This document shows, piece by piece, positions 27,701 through 40,934 of a DNA stretch of 64,000 nt. The position numbers were made by a program, and so were the translations under genes. Every line of letters begins with the position of its first letter. The stretch's first letter is position 1. A model generated the notes under the pieces. It saw only the letters and a program-made list of their open reading frames with translations. It ran no database searches and was not told where the DNA came from. Origin of the DNA: Auanema rhodensis (Eukaryota; Animalia; Nematoda); contig OZ059899.1 in assembly GCA_964057225.1 (NCBI GenBank), positions 10,912,001-10,976,000 on the forward strand, read 5' to 3'.

Positions 27701-30700
27701 TTGGCAATGTTGGTTGTCACGTCATGTTTCATGCAGTTAGATTTTCAGACACATTAATACCTTTGACCATTCTTCTTATGAGTTTTGTAACGATAGATCG
27801 TAATAGGAAATGAATTGCTATAATATGAAAAAATACAAGACATAGTCAACATTGATTTCCGAAAATAGTATCATGTTTGCTTGTTATTCAATTAGAACAC
27901 TTATTTTTTGATTGTTTTCTTGAAATATTCTTTTTTTTTCTTTAACAAAGTTATGACTGAGATCAAAATTTGAACTTACTTTTGAACAATTAAACAGAAA
28001 TTTAAAAAATATTTGCCGCCAGCAGGGGTCGAACCTGCGACCTTGGGCTTATTAGACCCACGCTCTAACCGACTGAGCTATGGCGGCTACGAAAGTACGA
28101 AATAACAAAGCGCTGATTATAGGAAACGTGAATGAATGCAGATATTCTCAATTCCGATTCATTAACTAGATCGTGGTCAGCATTTTACAACATTGATAAA
28201 ATAGAAACTGAGAAAAAACATCAACAAATGACACTATTAACTTGGTTTTTTGAACAGCTTTTTTCTATTTCTTTTTTCACTATGAGAGAACTTATATTTA
28301 TTGCTTTTTCAAAATTTTCCATTTTTAACATTATACATCTTGACTATCACACATTGAGAACAACAGTTGGCAATGTTGGTTGTCACGTCATATTTCATGC
28401 AGTTAGATTTTCAGACACATTAATACCTTTGACCATTCTTCTTATGAGTTTTGTAACGATAGATCGTAATAGGAAATGAATTGCTATAATATGAAAAAAT
28501 ACAAGACATAGTCAACATTGATTTCCAAAAATAGTATCATGTTTGTTTGTTATTCAATTAGAACACTTATTTTTTGATTGTTTTCTTGAAATATTCTTTT
28601 TTTTTCTTTAACAAAGTTATGACTGAGATCAAAATTTGAACTTACTTTTGAACAATTAAACAGAAATTTAAAAAATATTTGCCGCCAGCAGGGGTCGAAC
28701 CTGCGACCTTGGGCTTATTAGACCCACGCTCTAACCGACTGAGCTATGGCGGCTACGAAAGTACGAAATAACAAAGCGCTGATTATAGGAAACGTGAATG
28801 AATGCAGATATTCTCAATTCCGATTCATTAACTAGATCGTGGTCAGCATTTTACAACATTGATAAAATAGAAACTGAGAAAAAAACATCAACAAATGACA
28901 CTATTAACTTGGTTTTTTTAACAGCTTTTTTATATTTCTTTTTTCACTATGAGAGAACTTATATTTATTGTTTTTTCAAAATTTTCCATTTTTAACATTA
29001 TACATCTTGACTATCACACATTGAGAACAACAGTTGGCAATGTTGGTTGTCACGTCAAGTTTCATGCAGTTAGATTTTCAGACACATTAATACCTTTGAC
29101 CATTCTTCTTATGAGTTTTGTAACGATAGATCGTAATAGGAAATGAATTGCTATAATATGAAAAAATACAAGACATAGTCAACATTGATTTCCGAAAATA
29201 GTATCATGTTTGCTTGTTATTCAATTAGAACACTTATTTTTTGATTATTTTCTTGAAATATTCTTTTTTTTTCTTTAACAAAGTTATGACTGAGATCAAA
29301 ATTTGAACTTACTTTTGAACAATTAAACAGAAATTTAAAAAATATTTGCCGCCAGCAGGGGTCGAACCTGCGACCTTGGGCTTATTAGACCCACGCTCTA
29401 ACCGACTGAGCTATGGCGGCTACGAAAGTACGAAATAACAAAGCGCTGATTATAGGAAACGTGAATGAATGCAGATATTCTCAATTCCGATTCATTAACT
29501 AGATCGTGGTCAGCATTTTACAACATTGATAAAATAGAAACTGAGAAAAAAACATCAACAAATAACACTATTAACTTGGTTTTTTGAACAGCTTTTTTAT
29601 ATTTCTTTTTTCACTATGAGAGAACTTATATTTATTGCTTTTTCAAAATTTTCCATTTTTAACATTATACATCTTGACTATCACACATTGAGAACAACAG
29701 TTGGCAATGTTGGCTGTCACGTCATATTTCATGCAGTTAGATTTTCAGACACATTAATACCTTTAACCATTCTTCTTATGAGTTTTGTAACGATAGATCG
29801 TAATAGGATATGAATTGCTATAATATGAAAAAATACAAGACATAGTCAACATTGATTTCCCCAAATAGTATCATGTTTGCTTGTTATTCAATTAGAACAC
29901 TTTTTTTTTTGATTGTTTTCTTGAAATATTCTTTTTTTTCTTTAACAAAGTTATGACTGAGATCAAAATTTGAACTTACTTTTGAACAATTAAACAGAAA
30001 TTTAAAAAATATTTGCCGCCAGCAGGGGTCGAACCTGCGACCTTGGGCTTATTAGACCCACGCTCTAACCGACTGAGCTATGGCGGCTACGAAAGTACGA
30101 AATAACAAAGCGCTGATTATAGGAAACGTGAATGAATGCAGATATTCTCAATTCCGATTCATTAACTAGATCGTGGTCAGCATTTTACAACATTGATAAA
30201 ATAGAAACTGAGAAAAAACATCAACAAATAACACTATTAACTTGGTTTTTTAACAGCTTTTTTATATTTCTTTTTTCACTATGAGAGAACTTATATTTAT
30301 TGCTTTTTCAAAATTTTCCATTTTTAACATTATACATCTTGACTATCACACATTGAGAACAACAGTTGGCAATGTTGGTTGTCACGTCATATTTCATGCA
30401 GTTAGATTTTCAGACACATTAATACCTTTGACCATTCTTCTTATGAGTTTTGTAACAATAGATCGTAATAGGAAATGAATTGCTATAATATGAAAAAATA
30501 CAAGACATAGTCAACATTGATTTCCAAAAATAGTATCATGTTTGTTTGTTATTCAATTAGAACACTTATTTTTTGATTGTTTTCTTGAAATATTCTTTTT
30601 TTTTCTTTAACACAGTTATGACTGAGATCAAAATTTGAACTTACTTTTGAACAATTAAACAGAAATTTAAAAAATATTTGCCGCCAGCAGGGGTCGAACC

Positions 30701-33700
30701 TGCGACCTTGGGCTTATTAGACCCACGCTCTAACCGACTGAGCTATGGCGGCTACAAAAGTACGAAATAACAAAGCGCTGATTATAGGAAACGTGAATGA
30801 ATGCAGATATTCTCAATTCCGATTCATTAACTAGATCGTGGTCAGCATTTTACAACATTGATAAAATAGAAACTGAGAAAAAAACATCAACAAATGACAC
30901 TATTAACTTGGTTTTTTTAACAGCTTTTTTATATTTCTTTTTTCACTATGAGAGAACTTATATTTATTGCTTTTTCAAAATTTTCCATTTTTAACATTAT
31001 ACATCTTGACTATCACACATTGAGAACAACAGTTGGCAATGTTGGTTGTCACGTCATATTTCATGCAGTTAGATTTTCAGACACATTAATACCTTTAACC
31101 ATTCTTCTTATGAGTTTTGTAACGATAGATCGTAATAGGATATGAATTGCTATAATATGAAAAAATACAAGACATAGTCAACATTGATTTCCGAAAATAG
31201 TATCATGTTTGCTTGTTATTCAATTAGAACACTTATTTTTTGATTATTTTCTTGAAATATTCTTTTTTTTTCTTTAACAAAGTTATGACTGAGATCAAAA
31301 TTTGAACTTACTTTTGAACAATTAAACAGAAATTTAAAAAATATTTGCCGCCAGCAGGGGTCGAACCTGCGACCTTGGGCTTATTAGACCCACGCTCTAA
31401 CCGACTGAGCTATGGCGGCTACGAAAGTACGAAATAACAAAGCGCTGATTATAGGAAACGTGAATGAATGCAGATATTCTCAATTCCGATTCATTAACTA
31501 GATCGTGGTCAGCATTTTACAACATTGATAAAATAGAAACTGAGAAAAAAACATCAACAAATGACACTATTAACTTGGTTTTTTTAACAGCTTTTTTATA
31601 TTTCTTTTTTCACTATGAGAGAACTTATATTTATTGTTTTTTCAAAATTTTCCATTTTTAACATTATACATCTTGACTATCACACATTGAGAACAACAGT
31701 TGGCAATGTTGGTTGTCACGTCAAGTTTCATGCAGTTAGATTTTCAGACACATTAATACCTTTGACCATTCTTCTTATGAGTTTTGTAACGATAGATCGT
31801 AATAGGAAATGAATTGCTATAATATGAAAAAATACAAGACATAGTCAACATTGATTTCCGAAAATAGTATCATGTTTGCTTGTTATTCAATTAGAACACT
31901 TATTTTTTGATTATTTTCTTGAAATATTCTTTTTTTTTCTTTAACAAAGTTATGACTGAGATCAAAATTTGAACTTACTTTTGAACAATTAAACAGAAAT
32001 TTAAAAAATATTTGCCGCCAGCAGGGGTCGAACCTGCGACCTTGGGCTTATTAGACCCACGCTCTAACCGACTGAGCTATGGCGGCTACGAAAGTACGAA
32101 ATAACAAAGCGCTGATTATAGGAAACGTGAATGAATGCAGATATTCTCAATTCCGATTCATTAACTAGATCGTGGTCAGCATTTTACAACATTGATAAAA
32201 TAGAAACTGAGAAAAAAACATCAACAAATAACACTATTAACTTGGTTTTTTGAACAGCTTTTTTATATTTCTTTTTTCACTATGAGAGAACTTATATTTA
32301 TTGCTTTTTCAAAATTTTCCATTTTTAACATTATACATCTTGACTATCACACATTGAGAACAACAGTTGGCAATGTTGGCTGTCACGTCATATTTCATGC
32401 AGTTAGATTTTCAGACACATTAATACCTTTAACCATTCTTCTTATGAGTTTTGTAACGATAGATCGTAATAGGATATGAATTGCTATAATATGAAAAAAT
32501 ACAAGACATAGTCAACATTGATTTCCCCAAATAGTATCATGTTTGCTTGTTATTCAATTAGAACACTTTTTTTTTTGATTGTTTTCTTGAAATATTCTTT
32601 TTTTTCTTTAACAAAGTTATGACTGAGATCAAAATTTGAACTTACTTTTGAACAATTAAACAGAAATTTAAAAAATATTTGCCGCCAGCAGGGGTCGAAC
32701 CTGCGACCTTGGGCTTATTAGACCCACGCTCTAACCGACTGAGCTATGGCGGCTACGAAAGTACGAAATAACAAAGCGCTGATTATAGGAAACGTGAATG
32801 AATGCAGATATTCTCAATTCCGATTCATTAACTAGATCGTGGTCAGCATTTTACAACATTGATAAAATAGAAACTGAGAAAAAAACATCAACAAATAACA
32901 CTATTAACTTGGTTTTTTGAACAGCTTTTTTATATTTCTTTTTTCACTATGAGAGAACTTATATTTATTGCTTTTTCAAAATTTTCCATTTTTAACATTA
33001 TACATCTTGACTATCACACATTGAGAACAACAGTTGGCAATGTTGGCTGTCACGTCATATTTCATGCAGTTAGATTTTCAGACACATTAATACCTTTAAC
33101 CATTCTTCTTATGAGTTTTGTAACGATAGATCGTAATAGGATATGAATTGCTATAATATGAAAAAATACAAGACATAGTCAACATTGATTTCCCCAAATA
33201 GTATCATGTTTGCTTGTTATTCAATTAGAACACTTTTTTTTTTGATTGTTTTCTTGAAATATTCTTTTTTTTCTTTAACAAAGTTATGACTGAGATCAAA
33301 ATTTGAACTTACTTTTGAACAATTAAACAGAAATTTAAAAAATATTTGCCGCCAGCAGGGGTCGAACCTGCGACCTTGGGCTTATTAGACCCACGCTCTA
33401 ACCGACTGAGCTATGGCGGCTACGAAAGTACGAAATAACAAAGCGCTGATTATAGGAAACGTGAATGAATGCAGATATTCTCAATTCCGATTCATTAACT
33501 AGATCGTGGTCAGCATTTTACAACATTGATAAAATAGAAACTGAGAAAAAACATCAACAAATAACACTATTAACTTGGTTTTTTAACAGCTTTTTTATAT
33601 TTCTTTTTTCACTATGAGAGAACTTATATTTATTGCTTTTTCAAAATTTTCCATTTTTAACATTATACATCTTGACTATCACACATTGAGAACAACAGTT

Positions 33701-36700
33701 GGCAATGTTGGTTGTCACGTCATATTTCATGCAGTTAGATTTTCAGACACATTAATACCTTTGACCATTCTTCTTATGAGTTTTGTAACAATAGATCGTA
33801 ATAGGAAATGAATTGCTATAATATGAAAAAATACAAGACATAGTCAACATTGATTTCCAAAAATAGTATCATGTTTGTTTGTTATTCAATTAGAACACTT
33901 ATTTTTTGATTGTTTTCTTGAAATATTCTTTTTTTTTCTTTAACAAAGTTATGACTGAGATCAAAATTTGAACTTACTTTTGAACAATTAAACAGAAATT
34001 TAAAAAATATTTGCCGCCAGCAGGGGTCGAACCTGCGACCTTGGGCTTATTAGACCCACGCTCTAACCGACTGAGCTATGGCGGCTACAAAAGTACGAAA
34101 TAACAAAGCGCTGATTATAGGAAACGTGAATGAATGCAGATATTCTCAATTCCGATTCATTAACTAGATCGTGGTCAGCATTTTACAACATTGATAAAAT
34201 AGAAACTGAGAAAAAAACATCAACAAATGACACTATTAACTTGGTTTTTTTAACAGCTTTTTTATATTTCTTTTTTCACTATGAGAGAACTTATATTTAT
34301 TGCTTTTTCAAAATTTTCCATTTTTAACATTATACATCTTGACTATCACACATTGAGAACAACAGTTGGCAATGTTGGTTGTCACGTCATATTTCATGCA
34401 GTTAGATTTTCAGACACATTAATACCTTTAACCATTCTTCTTATGAGTTTTGTAACGATAGATCGTAATAGGATATGAATTGCTATAATATGAAAAAATA
34501 CAAGACATAGTCAACATTGATTTCCGAAAATAGTATCATGTTTGCTTGTTATTCAATTAGAACACTTATTTTTTGATTATTTTCTTGAAATATTCTTTTT
34601 TTTTCTTTAACAAAGTTATGACTGAGATCAAAATTTGAACTTACTTTTGAACAATTAAACAGAAATTTAAAAAATATTTGCCGCCAGCAGGGGTCGAACC
34701 TGCGACCTTGGGCTTATTAGACCCACGCTCTAACCGACTGAGCTATGGCGGCTACGAAAGTACGAAATAACAAAGCGCTGATTATAGGAAACGTGAATGA
34801 ATGCAGATATTCTCAATTCCGATTCATTAACTAGATCGTGGTCAGCATTTTACAACATTGATAAAATAGAAACTGAGAAAAAACATCAACAAATAACACT
34901 ATTAACTTGGTTTTTTGAACAGCTTTTTTATATTTCTTTTTTCACTATGAGAGAACTTATATTTATTGCTTTTTCAAAATTTTCCATTTTTAACATTATA
35001 CATCTTGACTATCACACATTGAGAACAACAGTTGGCAATGTTGGCTGTCACGTCATATTTCATGCAGTTAGATTTTCAGACACATTAATACCTTTAACCA
35101 TTCTTCTTATGAGTTTTGTAACGATAGATCGTAATAGGATATGAATTGCTATAATATGAAAAAATACAAGACATAGTCAACATTGATTTCCCCAAATAGT
35201 ATCATGTTTGTTTGTTATTCAATTAGAACACTTTTTTTTTTGATTGTTTTCTTGAAATATTCTTTTTTTTCTTTAACAAAGTTATGACTGAGATCAAAAT
35301 TTGAACTTACTTTTGAACAATTAAACAGAAATTTAAAAAATATTTGCCGCCAGCAGGGGTCGAACCTGCGACCTTGGGCTTATTAGACCCACGCTCTAAC
35401 CGACTGAGCTATGGCGGCTACGAAAGTACGAAATAACAAAGCGCTGATTATAGGAAACGTGAATGAATGCAGATATTCTCAATTCCGATTCATTAACTAG
35501 ATCGTGGTCAGCATTTTACAACATTGATAAAATAGAAACTGAGAAAAAACATCAACAAATAACACTATTAACTTGGTTTTTTGAACAGCTTTTTTATATT
35601 TCTTTTTTCACTATGAGAGAACTTATATTTATTGCTTTTTCAAAATTTTCCATTTTTAACATTATACATCTTGACTATCACACATTGAGAACAACAGTTG
35701 GCAATGTTGGCTGTCACGTCATATTTCATGCAGTTAGATTTTCAGACACATTAATACCTTTAACCATTCTTCTTATGAGTTTTGTAACGATAGATCGTAA
35801 TAGGATATGAATTGCTATAATATGAAAAAATACAAGACATAGTCAACATTGATTTCCCCAAATAGTATCATGTTTGTTTGTTATTCAATTAGAACACTTT
35901 TTTTTTTGATTGTTTTCTTGAAATATTCTTTTTTTTCTTTAACAAAGTTATGACTGAGATCAAAATTTGAACTTACTTTTGAACAATTAAACAGAAATTT
36001 AAAAAATATTTGCCGCCAGCAGGGGTCGAACCTGCGACCTTGGGCTTATTAGACCCACGCTCTAACCGACTGAGCTATGGCGGCTACGAAAGTACGAAAT
36101 AACAAAGCGCTGATTATAGGAAACGTGAATGAATGCAGATATTCTCAATTCCGATTCATTAACTAGATCGTGGTCAGCATTTTACAACATTGATAAAATA
36201 GAAACTGAGAAAAAAACATCAACAAATAACACTATTAACTTGGTTTTTTAACAGCTTTTTTATATTTCTTTTTTCACTATGAGAGAACTTATATTTATTG
36301 CTTTTTCAAAATTTTCCATTTTTAACATTATACATCTTGACTATCACACATTGAGAACAACAGTTGGCAATGTTGGTTGTCACGTCATATTTCATGCAGT
36401 TAGATTTTCAGACACATTAATACCTTTGACCATTCTTCTTATGAGTTTTGTAACAATAGATCGTAATAGGAAATGAATTGCTATAATATGAAAAAATACA
36501 AGACATAGTCAACATTGATTTCCAAAAATAGTATCATGTTTGTTTGTTATTCAATTAGAACACTTATTTTTTGATTGTTTTCTTGAAATATTCTTTTTTT
36601 TTCTTTAACAAAGTTATGACTGAGATCAAAATTTGAACTTACTTTTGAACAATTAAACAGAAATTTAAAAAATATTTGCCGCCAGCAGGGGTCGAACCTG

Positions 36701-39700
36701 CGACCTTGGGCTTATTAGACCCACGCTCTAACCGACTGAGCTATGGCGGCTACAAAAGTACGAAATAACAAAGCGCTGATTATAGGAAACGTGAATGAAT
36801 GCAGATATTCTCAATTCCGATTCATTAACTAGATCGTGGTCAGCATTTTACAACATTGATAAAATAGAAACTGAGAAAAAAACATCAACAAATGACACTA
36901 TTAACTTGGTTTTTTGAACAGCTTTTTTATATTTCTTTTTTCACTATTAGAGAACTTATATTTATTGCTTTTTCAAAATTTTCCATTTTTAACATTATAC
37001 ATCTTGACTATCACACATTGAGAACAACAGTTGGCAATGTTGGTTGTCACGTCATATTTCATGCAGTTAGATTTTCAGACACATTAATACCTTTAACCAT
37101 TCTTCTTATGAGTTTTGTAACGATAGATCGTAATAGGATATGAATTGCTATAATATGAAAAAATACAAGACATAGTCAACATTGATTTCCCCAAATAGTA
37201 TCATGTTTGCTTGTTATTCAATTAGAACACTTATTTTATGATTGTTTTCTTGAAATATTCTTTTTTTTTTTTAACAAAGTTATGACTGAGATCAAAATTT
37301 GAACTTACTTTTGAACAATTAAACAGAAATTTAAAAAATATTTGCCGCCAGCAGGGGTCGAACCTGCGACCTTGGGCTTATTAGACCCACGCTCTAACCG
37401 ACTGAGCTATGGCGGCTACGAAAGTACGAAATAACAAAGCGCTGATTATAGGAAACGTGAATGAATGCAGATATTCTCAATTCCGATTCATTAACTAGAT
37501 CGTGGTCAGCATTTTACAACATTGATAAAATAGAAACTGAGAAAAAAACATCAACAAATAACACTATTAACTTGGTTTTTTAACAGCTTTTTTATATTTC
37601 TTTTTTCACTATGAGAGAACTTATATTTATTGCTTTTTCAAAATTTTCCATTTTTAACATTATACATCTTGACTATCACACATTGAGAACAACAGTTGGC
37701 AATGTTGGTTGTCACGTCATATTTCATGCAGTTAGATTTTCAGACACATTAATACCTTTGACCATTCTTCTTATGAGTTTTGTAACAATAGATCGTAATA
37801 GGAAATGAATTGCTATAATATGAAAAAATACAAGACATAGTCAACATTGATTTCCAAAAATAGTATCATGTTTGTTTGTTATTCAATTAGAACACTTATT
37901 TTTTGATTGTTTTCTTGAAATATTCTTTTTTTTTCTTTAACAAAGTTATGACTGAGATCAAAATTTGAACTTACTTTTGAACAATTAAACAGAAATTTAA
38001 AAAATATTTGCCGCCAGCAGGGGTCGAACCTGCGACCTTGGGCTTATTAGACCCACGCTCTAACCGACTGAGCTATGGCGGCTACAAAAGTACGAAATAA
38101 CAAAGCGCTGATTATAGGAAACGTGAATGAATGCAGATATTCTCAATTCCGATTCATTAACTAGATCGTGGTCAGCATTTTACAACATTGATAAAATAGA
38201 AACTGAGAAAAAAACATCAACAAATGACACTATTAACTTGGTTTTTTGAACAGCTTTTTTATATTTCTTTTTTCACTATTAGAGAACTTATATTTATTGC
38301 TTTTTCAAAATTTTCCATTTTTAACATTATACATCTTGACTATCACACATTGAGAACAACAGTTGGCAATGTTGGTTGTCACGTCATATTTCATGCAGTT
38401 AGATTTTCAGACACATTAATACCTTTAACCATTCTTCTTATGAGTTTTGTAACGATAGATCGTAATAGGATATGAATTGCTATAATATGAAAAAATACAA
38501 GACATAGTCAACATTGATTTCCCCAAATAGTATCATGTTTGCTTGTTATTCAATTAGAACACTTATTTTATGATTGTTTTCTTGAAATATTCTTTTTTTT
38601 TTTTAACAAAGTTATGACTGAGATCAAAATTTGAACTTACTTTTGAACAATTAAACAGAAATTTAAAAAATATTTGCCGCCAGCAGGGGTCGAACCTGCG
38701 ACCTTGGGCTTATTAGACCCACGCTCTAACCGACTGAGCTATGGCGGCTACGAAAGTACGAAATAACAAAGCGCTGATTATAGGAAACGTGAATGAATGC
38801 AGATATTCTCAATTCCGATTCATTAACTAGATCGTGGTCAGCATTTTACAACATTGATAAAATAGAAACTGAGAAAAAAACATCAACAAATAACACTATT
38901 AACTTGGTTTTTTAACAGCTTTTTTATATTTCTTTTTTCACTATGAGAGAACTTATATTTATTGCTTTTTCAAAATTTTCCATTTTTAACATTATACATC
39001 TTGACTATCACACATTGAGAACAACAGTTGGCAATGTTGGTTGTCACGTCATATTTCATGCAGTTAGATTTTCAGACACATTAATACCTTTGACCATTCT
39101 TCTTATGAGTTTTGTAACAATAGATCGTAATAGGAAATGAATTGCTATAATATGAAAAAATACAAGACATAGTCAACATTGATTTCCAAAAATAGTATCA
39201 TGTTTGCTTGTTATTCAATTAGAACACTTATTTTTTGATTGTTTTCTTGAAATATTCTTTTTTTTTCTTTAACAAAGTTATGACTGAGATCAAAATTTGA
39301 ACTTACTTTTGAACAATTAAACAGAAATTTAAAAAATATTTGCCGCCAGCAGGGGTCGAACCTGCGACCTTGGGCTTATTAGACCCACGCTCTAACCGAC
39401 TGAGCTATGGCGGCTACGAAAGTACGAAATAACAAAGCGCTGATTATAGGAAACGTGAATGAATGCAGATATTCTCAATTCCGATTCATTAACTAGATCG
39501 TGGTCAGCATTTTACAACATTGATAAAATAGAAACTGAGAAAAAAACATCAACAAATGACACTATTAACTTGGTTTTTTAACAGCTTTTTTATATTTCTT
39601 TTTTCACTATGAGAGAACTTATATTTATTGCTTTTTCAAAATTTTCCATTTTTAACATTATACATCTTGACTATCACACATTGAGAACAACAGTTGGCAA

Positions 39701-40005
39701 TGTTGGTTGTCACGTCATATTTCATGCAGTTAGATTTTCAGACACATTAATACCTTTAACCATTCTTCTTATGAGTTTTGTAACGATAGATCGTAATAGG
39801 ATATGAATTGCTATAATATGAAAAAATACAAGACATAGTCAACATTGATTTCCCCAAATAGTATCATGTTTGCTTGTTATTCAATTATAACACTTTTTTT
39901 TTGATTGTTTTCTTGAAATATTCTTTTTTTTCTTTAACAAAGTTATGACTGAGATCAAAATTTGAACTTACTTTTGAACAATTAAACAGAAATTTAAAAA
40001 ATATT

Positions 40006-40079
40006 TGCCGCCAGCAGGGGTCGAACCTGCGACCTTGGGCTTATTAGACCCACGCTCTAACCGACTGAGCTATGGCGGC
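40006..40079 (-). tRNA. tRNA-Ile(AAT), last copy before the LTR element
   Basis: Identical to the consensus copy. Confidence 0.97.
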
Positions 40080-40563
40080 TACGAAAGTACGAAATAACAA
40101 AGCGCTGATTATAGGAAACGTGAATGAATGCAGATATTCTCAATTCCGATTCATTAACTAGATCGTGGTCAGCATTTTACAACATTGATAAAATAGAAAC
40201 TGAGAAAAAAACATCAACAAATAACACTATTAACTTGGTTTTTTAACAGCTTTTTTATATTTCTTTTTTCACTATGAGAGAACTTATATTTATTGCTTTT
40301 TCAAAATTTTCCATTTTTAACATTATACATCTTGACTATCACACATTGAGAACAACAGTTGGCAATGTTGGTTGTCACGTCATATTTCATGCAGTTAGAT
40401 TTTCAGACACATTAATACCTTTGACCATTCTTCTTATGAGTTTTGTAACAATAGATCGTAATAGGAAATGAATTGCTATAATATGAAAAAATACAAGACA
40501 TAGTCAACATTGATTTCCAAAAATAGTATCATGTTTGCTTGTTATTCAATTAGAACACTTATT

Positions 40564-40921
40564 CGTTCCATTCGGATGATCAATGCATTACATTCATATG
40601 ACGAAGCTGTAGCAGGCGGGTTAGAGTCAGAGAATGCGAGACTGAGAGAAGACGACCCGCCCTTTTCCATATTACAACACTTCAGCTTTGCCTCAGGGAC
40701 GATCATGGATGGTTGGTCGTTCTCTCTCTGTTCTCTATTAGTTTAACCTTTACTTAGTTATATGTATCTTATTGTAATCACGTAGATATAATAAACCAAT
40801 CTTTCTCGAGTCTTATGTTTATCCTTATGCTCCATGTTTAACCGCTACATCTGGAATACTACCACGCTCATCTTGTAGACTCCATTGGTCTGTAAGATCG
40901 ACGCGGGAGCATAACGGAACG
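40564..40921 (+). repeat. 5' LTR (358 bp), termini CGTTCC...GGAACG
   Basis: Starts exactly where array sequence stops (cacttatt|cgttcc) and ends directly before the PBS. It has a terminal inverted repeat and AATAAA at 40790-40795. Confidence 0.85.
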
Positions 40922-40934
40922 TGGAGGTTCCACC
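40922..40934 (+). promoter_or_regulatory. Primer-binding site complementary to the tRNA-Gln 3' end
   Basis: TGGAGGTTCCACC is the complement of GGTGGAACCT-CCA, the conserved metazoan tRNA-Gln 3' end (recalled sequence). Confidence 0.85.

Larger units (their letters stand above)
1154..40563 (-). repeat. Tandem array of a ~666-bp unit, 59 copies, each containing one tRNA-Ile(AAT) gene
   Basis: Period is 664-667 bp (one unit is ~10 bp shorter). Approximate left coordinates of the 74-nt tRNAs: 1387, 2052, 2718, 3385, 4052, 4716, 5383, 6047, 6714, 7378, 8045, 8709, 9376, 10042, 10709, 11375, 12042, 12707, 13372, 14038, 14704, 15370, 16036, 16701, 17366, 18032, 18699, 19365, 20021, 20687, 21354, 22020, 22686, 23352, 24018, 24683, 25350, 26017, 26682, 27348, 28014, 28680, 29347, 30014, 30679, 31346, 32013, 32680, 33347, 34012, 34679, 35345, 36011, 36677, 37343, 38009, 38675, 39341, 40006. 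Confidence 0.98.

Noticed and set aside
1154-40563. CRISPR-like array
   Set aside because: The sequence between the conserved GC-rich blocks is itself repeated rather than unique, the block is a tRNA, and the context is eukaryotic.
40500-40570. Ty3-style targeting to the Pol III start site by the Gypsy element
   Set aside because: The insertion lies ~484 bp upstream of the nearest tRNA 5' end (about 108 bp past the 3' end of the next unit's gene), not at the initiation site.
40608-40856. Alternative canonical LTR TGTAGC...GCTACA followed by TGG
   Set aside because: It leaves 44 bp of element sequence outside the LTR at the host junction, has no adjacent PPT, and TGGAATACTACC matches no tRNA end I know. 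The downstream Gln PBS fits much better.
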